Shown here: positions 36,301 through 38,176 of the stretch, piece by piece
How the letters are laid out: every line of letters begins with the position of its first letter
Position numbering within the stretch: the stretch's first letter is position 1
Source: Chrysochromulina tobinii
Lineage: Eukaryota
Direction of reading: 5' to 3'
NCBI GenBank assembly: GCA_001275005.1
Contig: JWZX01003015.1
Location: forward strand, 1-38,176
Length of the DNA stretch: 38,176 bases
Position numbers and translations under genes: made by a program
The notes under the pieces: model-generated
Seen by the model: only the letters and a program-made list of their open reading frames with translations
What the model was told of the DNA's origin: nothing
The model's database searches: none

Positions 36301-38176
36301 CAGTGCACTCGCCAACACAGCCGTCGGCCGCATTGTCCTTGCCCCCGGCACCTACTTCCTCAACGCCGAGCTCACCGTCACCAGGAGCGTTGTCATCGAG
36401 GCGGAGGTGGCAGGCTCGGTCGTGCTGGATGCACAAGCAAGCTCCTCGAGTCGGCGCCGTGTGCTGTACATCAACCCGGGCTCGTTGGGCGTCGTGCAAC
36501 TGATCGGGCTCAACATCACCAGGGGGTACGTACAGGGGGTACGTGGCTGCCGCAGAGACCTGTATATTCCCCATTGCCCTAATGGGATGCCTTGCTGACA
36601 CGCCCCATTCGACTCCCGTCGTTGATGATGGGTGCTGCCTCAATCTACCAGTTGGACGTACGTGCCATATGCGCCTGAAACTCTCATAGTTCCCATCGCC
36701 CTCATGGGAGACTCAAGTTTTGCTCGTTGTTTGCAGGGTGGGGGTGTCAATGTCCAGGGTGGCACAGTGGCCATCTCATCGTGCGCCATCAGTGGGAACA
36801 CAGCTGTTTCAAATGTGCGCGCTCTTATTCAAGAGTTCCCATCGCCCCTATGGGAAAATTCCTGACAAGCTTGCCTTGCCTCGACTCACTTTTGCACAAC
36901 TGCGGCCGACGCTCCGGGCAACTATAGGATCATGTACCTGCTGCAGGAGACCTTGAACATTTCCCATCGCCCCCATAGGAGACTCCACGTTTTGCTTGTT
37001 GTTTGCAGGGAGGCGGTGTCTACGTCGGTTCCGGCACGGTCACGATAACGTCTTCCTCGATCTACGGGAATTCAGCTCCCTATGTGCGTGCTCATGTTCA
37101 AAAGTTCCCATCATCCCGATGTGAAAATCGCGGACGTGCTTGCCTTGACTCTCGCTTGTACCGCTCGATGTTTGCAGGGCGGCGGTGTCTACGTTTATTC
37201 CGGCACGGTCACGATAACGTCTTCCTCGATCTACGGGAATACAGCAGACTATGTGCGTGCTCATGTTCAAAAGTTCCCATCATCCCGATGTGAAAGTTGC
37301 TGACGTTCTTGCCTTGACTCTCGCTTGTACCGCTCGATGTTTGCAGGGCGGCGGTGTCTACGTCTCTTACGGCACGGTCACGATAACGTCTTCCTCGATC
37401 TACGGGAATAGAGCTGGCTATGTGCGTGCTCATGTTCAAAAGTTCCCATCCCCCCGATGGGAAGATGCCCCATCCCCATGGGAGACTCACGTGTTGCTTG
37501 TTGTTTGCAGGGTGGTGGTGTCTATGTCAGTTCTTATTCAGGCACAGTCACGATAACGTCTTCCTCGATCAGTGGGAATAGAGCTCAAAATGTGCGCGCT
37601 CATGTTCAGAAGTTCGAATTTTCCCATGACCCTGATGGGGAAATGGCTGACATTTCTTACCTCGATCCTCGTTTGCACAATTGCGGCCGATGCTCTGGTC
37701 AACTACAGCAAGATGTACGTGCCTCAGAGTAGATTTCCTCCGCACATGGGAGACTCACGTTTGCTCGTTGTTTACAGGGCGGCGGTGTCTTTGTCGAGCG
37801 TGGCACGGTGACCTTCTCATCGTGCACCATCAGTGAGAACACAGCTAGCAATGTGCGCGCTCACGCTCATAAGTTCCCATCGCCTTTAGACTCACCTTTT
37901 GCTGGTTGTTTGCCCAGGGCGGCGGTGTCGCCGTCAATGCCGGCACAGTGGCCATCTCATCGAGCAACATCAGTGGGAACACAGCTTCAAATGTGCGCGC
38001 TCATGTTCAAAAGTTCCCGTACCCTAATGGGATGCCTTGCTTTTGTGTCCTCCTTTGTGACCACGCGTCCCCTATTCTCCACCCAGGGGCCCAATGTCTG
38101 TGTCTTTGGAGGCACCGTCTGCTCCTGGCCAATGACCCTCACCGACGTCTATGGCACAGTCTCAACCTGCCCAGCA
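33320..38176 (+). CDS. Large mosaic secreted/surface protein with a right-handed beta-helix (pectin-lyase-like/Pmp-type GG..N repeats) encoded by tandem exons; 3' end outside the window
   Basis: Exon 1 is 33320-36538 (signal-like start, M16 relics, Cys module, Pro-rich stalk, RRELQ, beta-helix cap LTSAL...IVLAPGTY...LTVTRSVVI...VLDA...RRVLYI...GLNITRG). Phase-0 GT-AG exons follow at 36737-36814, 37009-37083, 37178-37252, 37347-37421, 37511-37591, 37778-37852, 37918-37992 and 38087->38176. All splice in frame with no stops. The true start is uncertain. Confidence 0.78.
34197..34820 (+). repeat. About 225-bp direct duplication (period 396 bp) of a peptidase M16-like segment
   Basis: acatgctcttcccctca.atgcca.gtgtcccaaggaggacgagt.cgagaccttcctcacctcggtgggcggcggctcgaacgcc... 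at 34197 and 34593. A diverged partial third copy (APTFATRASS...SPEPKLMATEPDS) lies at about 33803-33973. Confidence 0.92.
36123..36208 (+). repeat. Perfect 27-bp coding repeat x3 (SPYLPIPQP) in the Pro-rich stalk
   Basis: cgtcgccgtacctgcccattccacaac repeated three times. Confidence 0.92.
36539..38086 (+). repeat. Tandem array of homologous exon+intron cassettes (7 repeat exons, 8 related introns)
   Basis: Exons of 78, 75, 75, 75, 81, 75 and 75 nt each begin GGN GGN GGT GTC. Introns (198, 194, 94, 94, 89, 186, 65, 94 nt) mostly begin GTGCG(C/T)GCTCATGTTCA(A/G)AAGTTC and end TGTTTGCAG. A 169-bp period is seen across 37009-37450. Confidence 0.93.

Noticed and set aside
36737..38086. CRISPR-like or DGR-like reading of the repeat array
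   Set aside because: Units are 140-270 bp exon+intron cassettes with GT-AG boundaries and an in-frame product. No cas gene or reverse transcriptase is present in the window, and no template/variable repeat pair with adenine-specific changes is evident.

Overview
GC-rich, gene-dense eukaryotic nuclear DNA, most likely a haptophyte alga of the Chrysochromulina/Prymnesiales type. This is inferred from short GT-AG introns, a plastid rubredoxin with a bipartite signal ending VSA-W, a true Ras, and repeat-containing introns. There are about 18 genes, many in tight head-to-head pairs: a double-SDR fusion, a TPR-C2-6TM-CNBD channel with a non-canonical filter, a CS-domain protein, Sec63, AMP deaminase, an aldo-keto reductase, a hidden spliced 53-aa membrane microprotein, a tropinone-reductase-like SDR, rubredoxin, a FUT8-like and a GT34+DUF3431 glycosyltransferase, CrtI-type desaturase, Ras, a 2OG-Fe(II) oxygenase and a split-Myb/Zn-knuckle factor. 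The standout is the last gene (33320 to the window end). It is a mosaic surface protein whose beta-helix is built from tandem phase-0 'one exon = one repeat' cassettes with homologous hairpin-bearing introns and two hypervariable codon patches. This looks like an exon-shuffling diversified receptor. Its N-terminal part contains duplicated, apparently catalytically dead insulinase (M16) fragments. All family assignments come from motif recognition by eye; no searches were run.
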